A DNA stretch of 64,000 bases, from assembly GCA_037140955.1 (NCBI GenBank), contig JBAXDL010000005.1, positions 12,334-76,333 of the forward strand. The letters are read 5' to 3'. The stretch comes from a bacterium. Lineage in GTDB: Bacteria; Patescibacteriota; Minisyncoccia; Moranbacterales; GWC2-37-73. The notes under the pieces are model-generated. The model was not told where the DNA came from. It did not search any database and saw only the letters and a program-made list of their open reading frames with translations. The first letter of the stretch is position 1. Each line of letters begins with the position of its first letter. Made by a program: the position numbers and the translations under genes. This document shows, piece by piece, positions 47,549 through 58,057 of the stretch.

Positions 47549-47636
47549 AAGGATAGTCTATAAAGTCAAAAGTCTATCAAGTCCATCAAGTTTTTTTAAA
47601 TGGGTGCTTTATGGACTTTTAGCTTTTTGCTTTTAG

Positions 47637-49034
47637 CTATTGCGGTTGTTGGTGTATTTTTTCAAGTGATCGGAAAGATGCAGAATTTTCCTGGAAGAAG
47701 GCGTTTACTTCACCAACAGGCCCATTACGATGCTTGGCAATGATTATTTTTACAATACCTTTGTTTGGTGTGTCAGGCTTTTCACGATCTTCGCGATATA
47801 GGAAAAGAACAACATCAGCATCCTGCTCAATAGAACCGGATTCTCGAAGATCAGAAAGTTTTGGAATTTGTGGGGAACGAGCTTCAACGGCTCGGGAAAG
47901 CTGTGAGAGGGCAATGATGGGAATGTTTAATTCTCGTGCTAGATTTTTGAGACCGCGAGAAATCTCGGAAATTTCTTGTACGCGATTGTCTCCGCCGCGA
48001 CCTTCCATAAGTTGCAAATAGTCGATCACGATTAGTCCCAGGTTATTGTCAGCCTGAAGGCGACGTGCCATGGTGCGCATTTCCATAATGTTAGCACTAG
48101 CTGTATCATCAATAAAAATCTTGGCTTCAGAAAGAATTCCCATAGCCTCACCAATTCTTTGAAAATCATTGTTCTCGCCTTCGCTTTGCATGCGTCCTGT
48201 TCGCAGGCGCCACAAATCAACATTAGCCTCAGCTGCTAACATACGATCGACAAGCTGATCGGCACCCATTTCCAATGAAAACATTGCTACTGCTGTGTTT
48301 TCTCGCACCGCCACATGGCGTGCGATGTCCAAGGCAAGCGAAGTTTTTCCAACTGATGGTCTGGCTGCCAAAATAATAAGATCTGATTTTTGAAGTCCGG
48401 CCAGAATGTTATCAAGATCAATAAAGCCGGTTGGAATTCCTCGAAATTTGTTGCCGTCGCGATGCAGTTCATCAATACGATTGAAAGCAGCTTCCAAAAT
48501 TGATTTGATTGGCAGAAAATCTTGTTTGATATATTTTTGAGAAACAGCAAAAAGTTTTTGTTCAGCTTCATCAAGAATTTTTTCCACATCATCTCCTTCA
48601 CGAAAACCAGCCTCAATGATTTCACTGGCTGCCATGATCAACCTGCGCAAAAGTGCCTTTTTTTGCACAACTTTTGCATAATGCACGATGTGAGAAGCTG
48701 ATGGAACACTGCCAACCAAAGATGCAAGATAGCTGGAGCCACCAATTTGTTCTAGTTGTTTTTTTTCATCAAGCTTATTTGAAATGCTAAGCACATCCAA
48801 TGGTTCTCGTTGTTCATAGAGCTCAAGCATTGATTCATATATTTGGTTGTGGATGTCCTTATAAAAATCTCCAACCTTAAGAAGATCCGCAATCTTGATG
48901 ACAGCATCCTTTTCCAGCATCAAAGAACCAAGGATGGACATTTCAGCCTCATTGTTGTGTGGAGGTGTGCGAAGAGGGTCAAAATTGTTGACCAGTGGTG
49001 TTTTTGGTTTGTATTCTTTGTATTCTCGAGCCAT
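47637..49034 (-). CDS. dnaB: replicative DNA helicase DnaB
   Basis: 'NNEAEMSILGSLM', Walker A 'ARPSVGKTSLAL', RecA-like C-domain. Confidence 0.95.
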   Translation of the reverse strand: MAREYKEYKPKTPLVNNFDPLRTPPHNNEAEMSILGSLMLEKDAVIKIADLLKVGDFYKDIHNQIYESMLELYEQREPLDVLSISNKLDEKKQLEQIGGSSYLASLVGSVPSASHIVHYAKVVQKKALLRRLIMAASEIIEAGFREGDDVEKILDEAEQKLFAVSQKYIKQDFLPIKSILEAAFNRIDELHRDGNKFRGIPTGFIDLDNILAGLQKSDLIILAARPSVGKTSLALDIARHVAVRENTAVAMFSLEMGADQLVDRMLAAEANVDLWRLRTGRMQSEGENNDFQRIGEAMGILSEAKIFIDDTASANIMEMRTMARRLQADNNLGLIVIDYLQLMEGRGGDNRVQEISEISRGLKNLARELNIPIIALSQLSRAVEARSPQIPKLSDLRESGSIEQDADVVLFLYREDREKPDTPNKGIVKIIIAKHRNGPVGEVNAFFQENSASFRSLEKIHQQPQ

Positions 49035-49240
49035 TTTCAGAAAGTATGATTTATATTATGTGAAAGTTTTTGTTTAGCGTTTCTTTATTATAGCAACTTT
49101 GCAACTAAAATCAACAGCATAATATGCTATTTTTGTGGGTAAGAAGTGTGTAATTTTTTCATTTGACTGATTTGTTTTAGTATGGTGAAAAAAAATAAAA
49201 AGAGGACTGCGCAGTGCAGTCCTCTTTTTGCTTGTGGGTT

Positions 49241-50671
49241 TTAATTTGCTGGTCTTATTCTTTGTCCGTCTTTGGTGTCTTCCAAAATGAAACCATGTTC
49301 TTCAATAAGAAGTCGCAGTTTGTCAGATTTTTCAAAATCTTTGGCATTTCTAGCTTCTTCGCGCTCTTTGACCAAGTTTAATATTTCTTCTGGGATTATT
49401 GCCTGGCCTTGCAAAACAAATCCGAAAACTGAGTTTATTTTTTTCCACAAAGTTAGAATTTTTTTGGCATCAACTGAGGACAGTGAATTTTCTGAGATTT
49501 TTTTGTTGATGTTGCCAATAAGCTCATAGGTTGTGCTTAGTGCAAGGGGAGTGTTTAAGTCATCATCCATGGCAAGTTCAAAATTTTCTTTGAAATCACT
49601 GGCATTGAAAAAATCATCACAAGAAATGTTTTGAGTCGCAATTATTTCCAAATTCAAAACAAAATCATTAATTTTTTGTAGATTTTTGTGTGCTTGTTCG
49701 ATGGCATCCCAAGAAAAATCCATCTGTGATCGATAACTTGAAGATAGTAGTAATAAGCGTAAATCCATTGCGCTAAAACCTTTTTCTTTGATGTCTTCCA
49801 GTGTGAAAAGATTTCCTTTTGATTTGCTCATCTTTTTTCCTTCAAACAAAAGATGGCGAGTGTGTAGCCAATAGCGAACATATTGTTTTCCACTGTAACA
49901 CTCGGTTTGTGCTATCTCAGCTTCATGATGGGGGAAGATGTTGTCCTCGCCGCCGGTGTGAATGTCAATCGTGTTGCCGAGGTATTCAGTGCTCATGGCA
50001 GAGCATTCAATGTGCCAGCCGGGATAGCCAACTGACCAAGGAGATTCCCATTTCATGATGTGTCCTTCTGGTGCCTTGATCCAAAGCGCAAAATCCCAAG
50101 CATTGATTTTGTCAGGATGCTCCTCTATTCTTGCTCCTATTTTCAGATTATTAAGTGTATTGCCAGAAAGTTTTCCATAGTCTCCAAATTTTGTGACATC
50201 AAAAAAAACATTGCCATTTTTCTCATAGGCAAAACCTTTTTCAAGTAAACCTTCAATAATTTTGATCATTTGTGGCACGTGCGCAGTGGCGCGTGGAAAA
50301 AAATGAGCAGGAAGAATGTTTAATTCTTTTTCTACTTGGCGAAAATATTCTTCATAAAATCTGGCAATTTCTTCTGGACTCTTTTTTTCTTTGGCAGCAG
50401 CTTTGATCATCTTGTCTTCTCCTGAATCTCCCTGGGCAACATCATCTTCACTAAGATGTCCAACATCAGTGATGTTTTTGATGAGGCGGACTTCAAAACC
50501 AATATATTCAAGATAGCGTCTTGTTAAATCTGAAAGAAGGTACGCTCGCATGTTGCCAATGTGCACGCGTCCATAAGCCGTTGGACCACAAGTATACATG
50601 CCAACCTTTCCTGGGTTGAGTGAGACAAATTCTTGTTTGCTTTTAGTGAGCGTGTTGTATAGATTAAGCAT
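49241..50671 (-). CDS. cysS: cysteine--tRNA ligase
   Basis: 'CGPTAYGRVHIGN' (HIGH) and 'KMSKSKGN'. Confidence 0.95.
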   Translation of the reverse strand: MLNLYNTLTKSKQEFVSLNPGKVGMYTCGPTAYGRVHIGNMRAYLLSDLTRRYLEYIGFEVRLIKNITDVGHLSEDDVAQGDSGEDKMIKAAAKEKKSPEEIARFYEEYFRQVEKELNILPAHFFPRATAHVPQMIKIIEGLLEKGFAYEKNGNVFFDVTKFGDYGKLSGNTLNNLKIGARIEEHPDKINAWDFALWIKAPEGHIMKWESPWSVGYPGWHIECSAMSTEYLGNTIDIHTGGEDNIFPHHEAEIAQTECYSGKQYVRYWLHTRHLLFEGKKMSKSKGNLFTLEDIKEKGFSAMDLRLLLLSSSYRSQMDFSWDAIEQAHKNLQKINDFVLNLEIIATQNISCDDFFNASDFKENFELAMDDDLNTPLALSTTYELIGNINKKISENSLSSVDAKKILTLWKKINSVFGFVLQGQAIIPEEILNLVKEREEARNAKDFEKSDKLRLLIEEHGFILEDTKDGQRIRPAN

Positions 50672-50767
50672 GACGGTTTTTAAATTTAAACTAACCCAAA
50701 TTAATCATAGTTATTTATAATATATGGGATTTGTGCAAAATACAAGATGAGTTTTGGGTGGAGATTT

Positions 50768-51676
50768 TTATAGCCATTTTTTGACCCAAAAAAGAATGAT
50801 TGTGAAGATTGAGATTATGAGCATTATGGCAGTATGAATCCAGAATCCTTCGTTGTTGTGACTCAGTGGAATGTTGGTGCTCATGCTCATGACATTGGAG
50901 TATAGTGTCATTGGCAAAAAGATGGCGGAGAAAATCGTAAGAACTTTCATGGTCAGGTCAAGTTTATTTGAAAGCAGGGAGTTGTTTGTTTCCTCCATAG
51001 ATTCAATTGTTTCCTTGTTGCTTTCCAATGCATTCCAAAGGCGAATATTGGTTCCTGTCAGGTCCTGAAAATAGGCAGAAAGTTCAGGTGCAATCAATGG
51101 TGACTTCATTTGTGCAAGAGATTCAATGATGTGACGCTGAGGTTTGAGTGTTCTTCGAAAATTCAAGATGTCGCGCTTTACCACGGAAATTTCAAAAACC
51201 ATCTCCTTTTCTTTGTTGTTGAAGACTTGTTCCTCAATGTTTTCTAGCTTTTCGTGGATATGATCAATGCGTGGAAAACAAGATTCCAAAAGGAGTTCCA
51301 GGATGTTGTACAAAAGATGGGCGGGTGTTTTGTTCATGTATAATCTTCTCTTGCCTTCACTATTTTGCAATTGTGCAAAAAAATCTTCTAGTTGGAAAAT
51401 TTCTTTGTTGTGGCCAGTGATCAAGTGGTCTTTGGTGATGACGATGTCCAATTCTCCTGGATATGTTGTTCTGGCTTTGGTGTCAAAAAGTGGAATATGA
51501 ATGGTCAAAAAAATACAATTGTCATATTGAGTTGCCTTTGGACGATAGGTTGGCGTGACAAATTCTTCAATGGTAAGTGGGTGAATGTCAAAGTTTTCTT
51601 GCAGATACAAGACATCATCAGCACTTGGATCTGAAAAATCAATCCAGGTTATGTTTTTGAATGCGACAGTTTTCAT
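50768..51676 (-). CDS. CorA-like divalent cation transporter with variant pore motif
   Basis: CorA-like length and two C-terminal TM helices; canonical YGMN replaced by 'VMSMSTNIP'. Confidence 0.6.
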   Translation of the reverse strand: MKTVAFKNITWIDFSDPSADDVLYLQENFDIHPLTIEEFVTPTYRPKATQYDNCIFLTIHIPLFDTKARTTYPGELDIVITKDHLITGHNKEIFQLEDFFAQLQNSEGKRRLYMNKTPAHLLYNILELLLESCFPRIDHIHEKLENIEEQVFNNKEKEMVFEISVVKRDILNFRRTLKPQRHIIESLAQMKSPLIAPELSAYFQDLTGTNIRLWNALESNKETIESMEETNNSLLSNKLDLTMKVLTIFSAIFLPMTLYSNVMSMSTNIPLSHNNEGFWIHTAIMLIISIFTIILFWVKKWL

Positions 51677-51762
51677 TTTTGTTTTTTGAGAAGTTATGCT
51701 TGATAAATTAATTATACCTTAAAATGACAAATTGACAAAGTGTTTGCAAATGCCTATCGTGA

Positions 51763-52008
51763 GTGTATATGAAAAAAGTTTTATTGCTTGTTATTAAGAT
51801 TTATCAAAAGATTTTCTCACTTGATCATGGAATTCCATCATATTTTTTTGGTGGAAGAATTTGTCGTTTTCATCCTTCTTGCAGTCATTATACCTATCAG
51901 GCTGTGGAAAAATTCGGTGTTTTGCGCGGATCTATGCTTGGCGTTAAGCGCTTTTTGCGTTGTCATCCTTGGAATGATGGTGGCTATGATCCAGTGCCGA
52001 AGAAATAG
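51763..52008 (+). CDS. yidD: membrane protein insertion efficiency factor
   Basis: '[25 protein letters not shown]' is the YidD signature. Confidence 0.85.
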   Translation: MYMKKVLLLVIKIYQKIFSLDHGIPSYFFGGRICRFHPSCSHYTYQAVEKFGVLRGSMLGVKRFLRCHPWNDGGYDPVPKK

Positions 52009-52144
52009 TTGGTGATTTTTTTAAACGTATCAATTAAATTTGATACTCTTTACATAATTTGAAAAAACTGTATAATATTTAAATTGATATAGTGGTTGTT
52101 TTAAAAATAAATAGGGGACACATCCCCAAAAAAAGGAGGTAGTT

Positions 52145-52366
52145 ATGTCACAAACAGAAAGAGAAAAGGGGTATGACAAATTCATTGAAAAGCTGCATCA
52201 AGGTTGCTCAAGTAATTTTAGTATCATTGAGTGTTCACATTCTGGAGAAGTTGAAATGTCAAAAAGGGATAATCCATTTCGACCTGACAACTTGACTGAT
52301 CACTTGAATTCATTTGCAAAAAGAAATGGTCTCAAGAGTTTTAGTGTAAGCAGTACGTCACAATAA
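52145..52366 (+). CDS. small hypothetical protein
   Basis: 73 aa; strong RBS aaaaaggaggtag. Confidence 0.45.
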   Translation: MSQTEREKGYDKFIEKLHQGCSSNFSIIECSHSGEVEMSKRDNPFRPDNLTDHLNSFAKRNGLKSFSVSSTSQ

Positions 52367-52442
52367 AAAGGAGGTGGAACAGTTTTTATGCACATTGGCG
52401 CTGGATATTATTTTTCTTTTTAAAATGAAAAAGGAGAAAAAC

Positions 52443-52769
52443 ATGAAAAAAGTTATCGTGAAAGGTTCCATTTCTGAATTGCTTGCCGTTGTGGCCAAAG
52501 ATGGTTGCAATGGGAACGTGAGAGATCTTTGCAAGGCATTGCCTGAAAAAGTCTATTGTCATCACATGAAACAATCAATTCCACTTTCTATTGCACCAGC
52601 ATTGACACCTCATCACAGCAAGCATCTTGATTTTTCGCAGCATCTTGTGTGTGAGGTTGACTGTGGTCGCTCTTGTCAATCCTATAACATCAAGGGAATG
52701 ACAGTTAGTGAAATGGTCAAAATGGATCACTTTCCGCTTGAAAATCATAACTCCGACATTTTTGCTTAA
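52443..52769 (+). CDS. small Cys-rich hypothetical protein
   Basis: 108 aa from the ATG with aaaaggagaaaaac RBS; 7 Cys and several His. Confidence 0.45.
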   Translation: MKKVIVKGSISELLAVVAKDGCNGNVRDLCKALPEKVYCHHMKQSIPLSIAPALTPHHSKHLDFSQHLVCEVDCGRSCQSYNIKGMTVSEMVKMDHFPLENHNSDIFA

Positions 52770-52789
52770 AAGCAATTTTAAGCAAACAA

Positions 52790-52828
52790 AAAGGTCTTTA
52801 CATAGCATTGTGAAGACCTTTTTTCTTT
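52790..52828 (+). terminator. rho-independent terminator
   Basis: aaggtcttta/tgaagacctt stem followed by ttttcttttg. Confidence 0.55.
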
Positions 52829-52852
52829 TGAAAGAGCCATTTTTTGATAATA

Positions 52853-52879
52853 TTAGCACTCGGACTTGACGACTGCTAA
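52853..52879 (+). promoter_or_regulatory. CIRCE operator (HrcA binding site) upstream of hrcA
   Basis: TTAGCACTC-N9-GACTGCTAA (one mismatch in right arm); overlaps the -35 box and precedes TATAAT at 52889. Confidence 0.8.
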
Positions 52880-53001
52880 TCGATGTAATATAATACAGAT
52901 ACTAAGAGTCCATAAAGCTGAAAGTCGAAAGCAAAAAGCATATTAAGAAGTATTTCTTGCTTTAAGGACCTTATAGACTTTTAGCTTTAGACTATTTTTT
53001 T

Positions 53002-53748
53002 ATGAACGAACGCCAAGAAAAAATTTTATCAACCATCATTGAAGAATACACCAAAACAGCTATTCCTGTTGGTAGTGGAGTTTTGGTTGGTAAATATAAA
53101 TTCAAGGTTAGCACTGCCACCATTCGAAATGACATGATGGTTTTGGAAAATGATGGATATTTGTATCAGCCACATATTAGTGCAGGAAGAATTCCAACAG
53201 ACAAGGGTTATCGATATTTTGTGGAAGAGGTGATGAAGGATAAGGTTCTCTCGAAAGAACAGCAACAAGAAATGCAGCGTGAGTTTTTGAAGCTAAAAGC
53301 TCAAAACACACGTTTGACCAGAACAACTGCAAAATTACTTTCTAATATTAGTGGAAATTTTGCAATTAGCGGCTTGATTGATAATGACGAATTTTCTGAT
53401 TTTGGAATGAGGGAATTGATGGAAGAGCCAGAATTTAAGGAATTGGATGAGATGTGTCGCTTGGTTGAAATGCTTGACTATGTTGATGAGAAATTTGATC
53501 AGCTCACTAAAGACATTAAGGATGGCGAGACAAAAATCTTTATTGGCAAGGAGAATCCCATAGATGGAACGGCAAATTGCTCTATGATCGTGTCGCCATA
53601 TCGCTTGAGCTCTGGCGAAAAAGGAATTTTGGCACTAATTGGACCAAAGCGTATGGAATATGCAAAAAACAAATCAATGATTGAATATGTGAAAAAATTA
53701 TTAGGAGCAAGCATGGTGATTATAATTATGATAAATATTTATTTATAA
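53002..53748 (+). CDS. hrcA: heat-inducible transcription repressor HrcA (short, 248 aa)
   Basis: N-terminal wHTH 'ILSTIIEEYTKTAIPVGSGVL' and the CIRCE context. Confidence 0.85.
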   Translation: MNERQEKILSTIIEEYTKTAIPVGSGVLVGKYKFKVSTATIRNDMMVLENDGYLYQPHISAGRIPTDKGYRYFVEEVMKDKVLSKEQQQEMQREFLKLKAQNTRLTRTTAKLLSNISGNFAISGLIDNDEFSDFGMRELMEEPEFKELDEMCRLVEMLDYVDEKFDQLTKDIKDGETKIFIGKENPIDGTANCSMIVSPYRLSSGEKGILALIGPKRMEYAKNKSMIEYVKKLLGASMVIIIMINIYL

Positions 53749-53761
53749 AATTTAAAAATTT

Positions 53762-54322
53762 TTGAAAATTATGTCAAAAGAACACAAAAAAAAGAAAGAA
53801 GAAGTAATTGAATCAGAAGAAGAAATTGTTGATGCAAATTCTCAAACTATTGACGAGGCAACTGATGAGTTTGAAGAGCTGAGAAAAAAAGCTGCTGAAA
53901 ATTTGGAGGGATGGCAACGTCTGCAAGCTGAATTTGAAAATTACAAAAAAAGAACAGCAGAGTCACAAAAGGACATGATAAAATATGCGACCCAAAACAT
54001 TGTTCTTGAGATTCTACCGGTGATTGATAATTTTCACGCCTCAACCGATCACATTCCAGAAGATCAAAAGGAAAATCCTTGGGTAACCGGGATCATGTAT
54101 ATTCAAAAGCAGCTTGAAAACGTGCTGACGGAAAATGGAGTGGAGGAGATTGTTGCCAATGTTGGAGATAATTTTGATCCAATATATCACGAGGCAATTG
54201 AAGACAAGGAGTGCGAAGATTGCAAAAATGAAAAATATGTAAACAAGATTAAGAAAGTTTTGACAAAGGGGTATAAGATTAGTGATAGAGTTATTCGTGC
54301 GGCAAGAGTGGTAGTTGAATAG
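53762..54322 (+). CDS. grpE: nucleotide exchange factor GrpE
   Basis: 'LQAEFENYKKR' and C-terminal beta-domain. Confidence 0.9.
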   Translation: MKIMSKEHKKKKEEVIESEEEIVDANSQTIDEATDEFEELRKKAAENLEGWQRLQAEFENYKKRTAESQKDMIKYATQNIVLEILPVIDNFHASTDHIPEDQKENPWVTGIMYIQKQLENVLTENGVEEIVANVGDNFDPIYHEAIEDKECEDCKNEKYVNKIKKVLTKGYKISDRVIRAARVVVE

Positions 54323-54584
54323 ATTGGAATGCGCATTGTTTGTGACAAAGAAAAAAGCCCAGATGGGCATAAGTTAAATATCCCATTGGGCAAAGCAGGC
54401 AAACATTGTGCCAAACTCTATGGTCAGTATACAGCATTTAACACGCAAAAGACAATAGGTGATCACACAACAATCAATAAGTAATTGGATTTAATAATAA
54501 GATAATAATTAAGTTAAAAAATAAGTAATAAAATAATAACAATTTGCAAATAACTAATGTGCAAATTGATTATTGAAAAAATAT

Positions 54585-56501
54585 ATGAGTAAAATACTCG
54601 GAATCGATTTGGGAACAACAAATAGTGCTATGGCCATCGTTAGCGGTGGAAAGCCTGAAATTTTGGAAAACAAGGAGGGGAACCGCACCACACCTTCAAT
54701 GGTTGCAATTTCAAAAACAGGTGAGCGCCTTGCAGGACTCTTGGCCAAGCGTCAATCAGTAACAAATCCGGCCAATACTTTGTATTCTATTAAGCGATTA
54801 ATTGGACGAGCATATCATGATGCGGAAGTTCAACGTGATGAAAAATTGATGCCATATAAGATTGTCCATGCTGGTGAGAATGTCAAAGTTACTATGGGTG
54901 ATAAGGATTATTCTCCGCAAGAAATCTCTGCTATGATTTTGGGAAAACTCAAAGCTGACGCAGAAGAAAAACTTGGTGAAAAAATCACTGACGCTGTGAT
55001 CACTGTCCCAGCATATTTTGATGATGCCCAAAGAAAAGCAACCAAGGAAGCTGGAGAAATTGCAGGTTTCAATGTTCGTCGCGTGATCAATGAACCAACA
55101 GCTGCGGCTTTGGCGTATGGTTTTGACAAGAAAGCTGATGAAAAAATTGCAGTATATGATTTGGGCGGAGGAACTTTCGATATTTCAATTTTGGAAGTTG
55201 GTGGAGACACGGTTGAAGTGAAATCTACTAATGGTGACACTCATCTTGGTGGTGATGACTTTGATCAGATCATCATTCAATGGATTATTGATGAATTCAA
55301 AAAACAAGAAGGAATTGATCTTTCCAAGGATCCGCTTTCATTGCAAAGAATCAAGGAAGCTGCCGAAAAAGCTAAGATTGAGCTTTCAACTGCTGCTGAA
55401 ACCGAAATCAACCAACCATTCATCACTTCTGATGCCTCAGGTCCTAAGCATTTGGTGATGAAAATGAGTCGCGCAAAATTGGAAGAATTGGTTGGCGAGC
55501 TTGTGCAGAAAACTTTAGAGCCATTAAAGAAGGCACTAAGTGATGCAAAATTGACCGTTGGTGAGATTAATGAAGTTGTGATGGTTGGAGGAATGACTCG
55601 CATGCCGTTGGTTTTGCAAACAGTTGAAAAATTCTTTGGCAAAAAACCAAACATTACAGTTAATCCTGATGAAGTTGTGGCGCTTGGTGCAGCAATTCAA
55701 GGGGGAGTTTTGGAGGGAAGCGTGAAGGATGTGCTTTTGTTGGATGTGACACCTTTGACTTTGGGAATTGAAACAATGGGTGGAATTTCAACTCCATTGA
55801 TTGATCGAAACACCACAGTGCCAACTTCAAAGACTCAAACATTTTCAACTGCTGCTGACAATCAGCCTGGTGTGGAAATTCATGTGCTGCAAGGGGAGCG
55901 AGAGGTTGCTTCTGGCAACAAAACTCTTGGAAAGTTCTTGCTTGATGGAATCCCACCAGCACCGCGTGGAGTGCCACAAATTGAAGTTGAGTTTGACATT
56001 GATGCTAATGGAATTTTGAATGTGACTGCTAAAGACAAGGCAACTGGAAAATCACAATCAATCAAAATTGAAGCATCAAGTGGTCTTTCAAAAGAAGAAA
56101 TTGAAAAAATGAAAAAAGATGCTGAAATGCATGCCGAAGAGGACAAGCAAAAGAAAGAATTGGTTGAGGCTCGCAACATGGCTGATACACTTGTTTATAC
56201 AACTGAAAAAGCTATTAAGGATGCTGGTGAGAAAATAACTGAAGAGGAAATAAAACCAGTCAAAGAAGCAATTGAAGAATTGAACAAGGTGAAAAACGGT
56301 GATGACTTGAATGAGATCAAGGCCAAAACTGAAACACTTTCGCAAGCTGCGCAAAAAATTGGTGAAAAATTGTATGCTGCTGCTGAGCAAGCAAAGAAGG
56401 ATGAAACTGAATCCAATGCTGGAGCTGAGGGCGAAACAGTGAAAGAGGCTGAGGTTGAAGGTGAAAAAACAGAAGAGAAAAAAGACGAAGAAAAGAAATA
56501 A
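54585..56501 (+). CDS. dnaK: molecular chaperone DnaK (Hsp70)
   Basis: '[14 protein letters not shown]', 'DLGGGTFD'; start moved to the MSKI ATG (track ORF begins at 54573). Confidence 0.97.
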   Translation: MSKILGIDLGTTNSAMAIVSGGKPEILENKEGNRTTPSMVAISKTGERLAGLLAKRQSVTNPANTLYSIKRLIGRAYHDAEVQRDEKLMPYKIVHAGENVKVTMGDKDYSPQEISAMILGKLKADAEEKLGEKITDAVITVPAYFDDAQRKATKEAGEIAGFNVRRVINEPTAAALAYGFDKKADEKIAVYDLGGGTFDISILEVGGDTVEVKSTNGDTHLGGDDFDQIIIQWIIDEFKKQEGIDLSKDPLSLQRIKEAAEKAKIELSTAAETEINQPFITSDASGPKHLVMKMSRAKLEELVGELVQKTLEPLKKALSDAKLTVGEINEVVMVGGMTRMPLVLQTVEKFFGKKPNITVNPDEVVALGAAIQGGVLEGSVKDVLLLDVTPLTLGIETMGGISTPLIDRNTTVPTSKTQTFSTAADNQPGVEIHVLQGEREVASGNKTLGKFLLDGIPPAPRGVPQIEVEFDIDANGILNVTAKDKATGKSQSIKIEASSGLSKEEIEKMKKDAEMHAEEDKQKKELVEARNMADTLVYTTEKAIKDAGEKITEEEIKPVKEAIEELNKVKNGDDLNEIKAKTETLSQAAQKIGEKLYAAAEQAKKDETESNAGAEGETVKEAEVEGEKTEEKKDEEKK

Positions 56502-56526
56502 TTTTTCTTCAAAATGCAAAATGAAA

Positions 56527-56560
56527 AAGGCGGGGACATTTTTGTCCTCGCCTTTTTTTG
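56527..56560. terminator. bidirectional terminator
   Basis: aaaggcggggac/gtcctcgccttt stem followed by a T-run. Confidence 0.65.
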
Positions 56561-56563
56561 CCT

Positions 56564-56914
56564 TTATACTGTCATTAATACTTTTTCATGAATCTCGTTG
56601 AGATGCTTGATGATTTTCATGCGCAGATGCTTTTTGACTGGAATTGCACTGAGTTTTTTTTCAAAATCTTTTACGGTGACACGGAGAAACAATTCCATAC
56701 ATTTGCCAATCTTCTCCTTTTCCAAATCTTCCTTGACGCAGTTTGCGATGCTAATAAGATTTCCAATAGAAACCTTATCTCGCTCGCTTGACTCTCTGTA
56801 GTGTTGGTTACTTGTGCCTTGGATAAGTTCTTCCAGGGCATGTTGAATTTCAACACAGTTCTTTTTGATTTTTTCAATTACTTCAAAAATCCTAAGTCTG
56901 TCTCTGTTGTCCAT
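56564..56914 (-). CDS. hypothetical protein
   Basis: start placed at the internal ATG with aaaggag RBS (MDNRDRL...); the longer ORF runs to 57001. Confidence 0.45.
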   Translation of the reverse strand: MDNRDRLRIFEVIEKIKKNCVEIQHALEELIQGTSNQHYRESSERDKVSIGNLISIANCVKEDLEKEKIGKCMELFLRVTVKDFEKKLSAIPVKKHLRMKIIKHLNEIHEKVLMTV

Positions 56915-57080
56915 TTCTTTCTCCTTTTCTGTTGGTAATGTGCCTGGCGTGGTGCTTGGTTGCTGATTAAGCATTGAAACATACAATATGATTGCTGTCA
57001 ATGTTAAGCTTTACTAGCACGCAAAGGAAAATAGGAATATAATTCAAATATCAAATTCATTGCTTGTAAGTAAAAAATAA

Positions 57081-57875
57081 ATGCAAAGATTGTTAAAAAT
57101 TATTAAAATAATTTCGCTTATTATTTTTTTGACGGGTGTTATTTTTGGTTTGGAATTTTTTTGGCAAAAAAAGTCAAAAAATGCTGAAATAGTTGTGCCA
57201 AAGACTGAACAAGTTGAGTTAATTGCTGAGTCAGAAGTTGCAATCAAAAATATTGAGCCTGAAATCAAAAAAGAATCTTTGCCGCAAGAATTTTTGATTC
57301 AAGTTCCATTTTCTTCGCAGGCGCCAACTGGAAATTGGAAAAAGCAGCTATTTCAGGATGGTTGCGAAGAAGCCTCAGTTGTCATGGCTATAGCATGGAC
57401 TAAAAATAAAAAATTAACACCGGCGGGAGTTGAAAAGGAAATTATTGGGATTTCAAATTGGGAAAAGAGAATTTTTGGTTATGCTGTGGATGCCTCGTTG
57501 GTTGATGTGACAAGGATTGTTAATGAGTTCTATGGATATAAAAATGTTAAAATTATTTCAGGTGAAAATGCGCAAAATATCAAAGAGGAATTGGCAAAAA
57601 AATGTGTTTTGCTGGTGCCAGTTGACGGAAAAATTTTGGCAAACCCGCATTATACTTTTCCTGGTCCTGAGCAGCATATGCTTGTCCTGAAAGGTTTTGA
57701 TGACGAGCAAAAACAATTTATTGCAAATGACCCGGGAACAAAATTTGGCGAAAATTATGTCTATGATTATGACAAATTTGTTGCCGCTATTTGGAGTTAT
57801 CCATCTGGAAAAGAACATGCAAAATATCCAACCAATGGTAAAGTTGAGAAAAATATCATTTCAATTTGTAAATAA
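57081..57875 (+). CDS. secreted papain-like (C39_2-type) cysteine peptidase, putative
   Basis: N-terminal TM/signal; 'SSQAPTGNWKKQLFQDGCEEASVVMAI' (Q/C pattern), downstream His in 'PEQHMLVLKG'. Confidence 0.5.
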   Translation: MQRLLKIIKIISLIIFLTGVIFGLEFFWQKKSKNAEIVVPKTEQVELIAESEVAIKNIEPEIKKESLPQEFLIQVPFSSQAPTGNWKKQLFQDGCEEASVVMAIAWTKNKKLTPAGVEKEIIGISNWEKRIFGYAVDASLVDVTRIVNEFYGYKNVKIISGENAQNIKEELAKKCVLLVPVDGKILANPHYTFPGPEQHMLVLKGFDDEQKQFIANDPGTKFGENYVYDYDKFVAAIWSYPSGKEHAKYPTNGKVEKNIISICK

Positions 57876-57900
57876 TATTTTGTCTGACTTAAGTTTAATG

Positions 57901-57980
57901 CTCCTGCTGATATTGTTTTTTTGCTTGCCTTTTATTCGCTTCGCTCATACGGAAGCCGCAAAAAACAACATCAGTAGGAG
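57901..57980 (-). repeat. intergenic structured repeat element, copy 4 (inverted orientation)
   Basis: ctcctgctgatattgttttttt | gcttgccttttattcgcttcgctcatacggaagccgc | aaaaaacaacatcagtaggag; the core is the reverse complement of copies 1-3. Confidence 0.8.
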
Positions 57981-58057
57981 TATGTGCCAAAGATTGATTA
58001 TAAAAATATTTCTCAAAAGTGTGATATAATGGAAGAAATTAATCTTAATAATAAATT

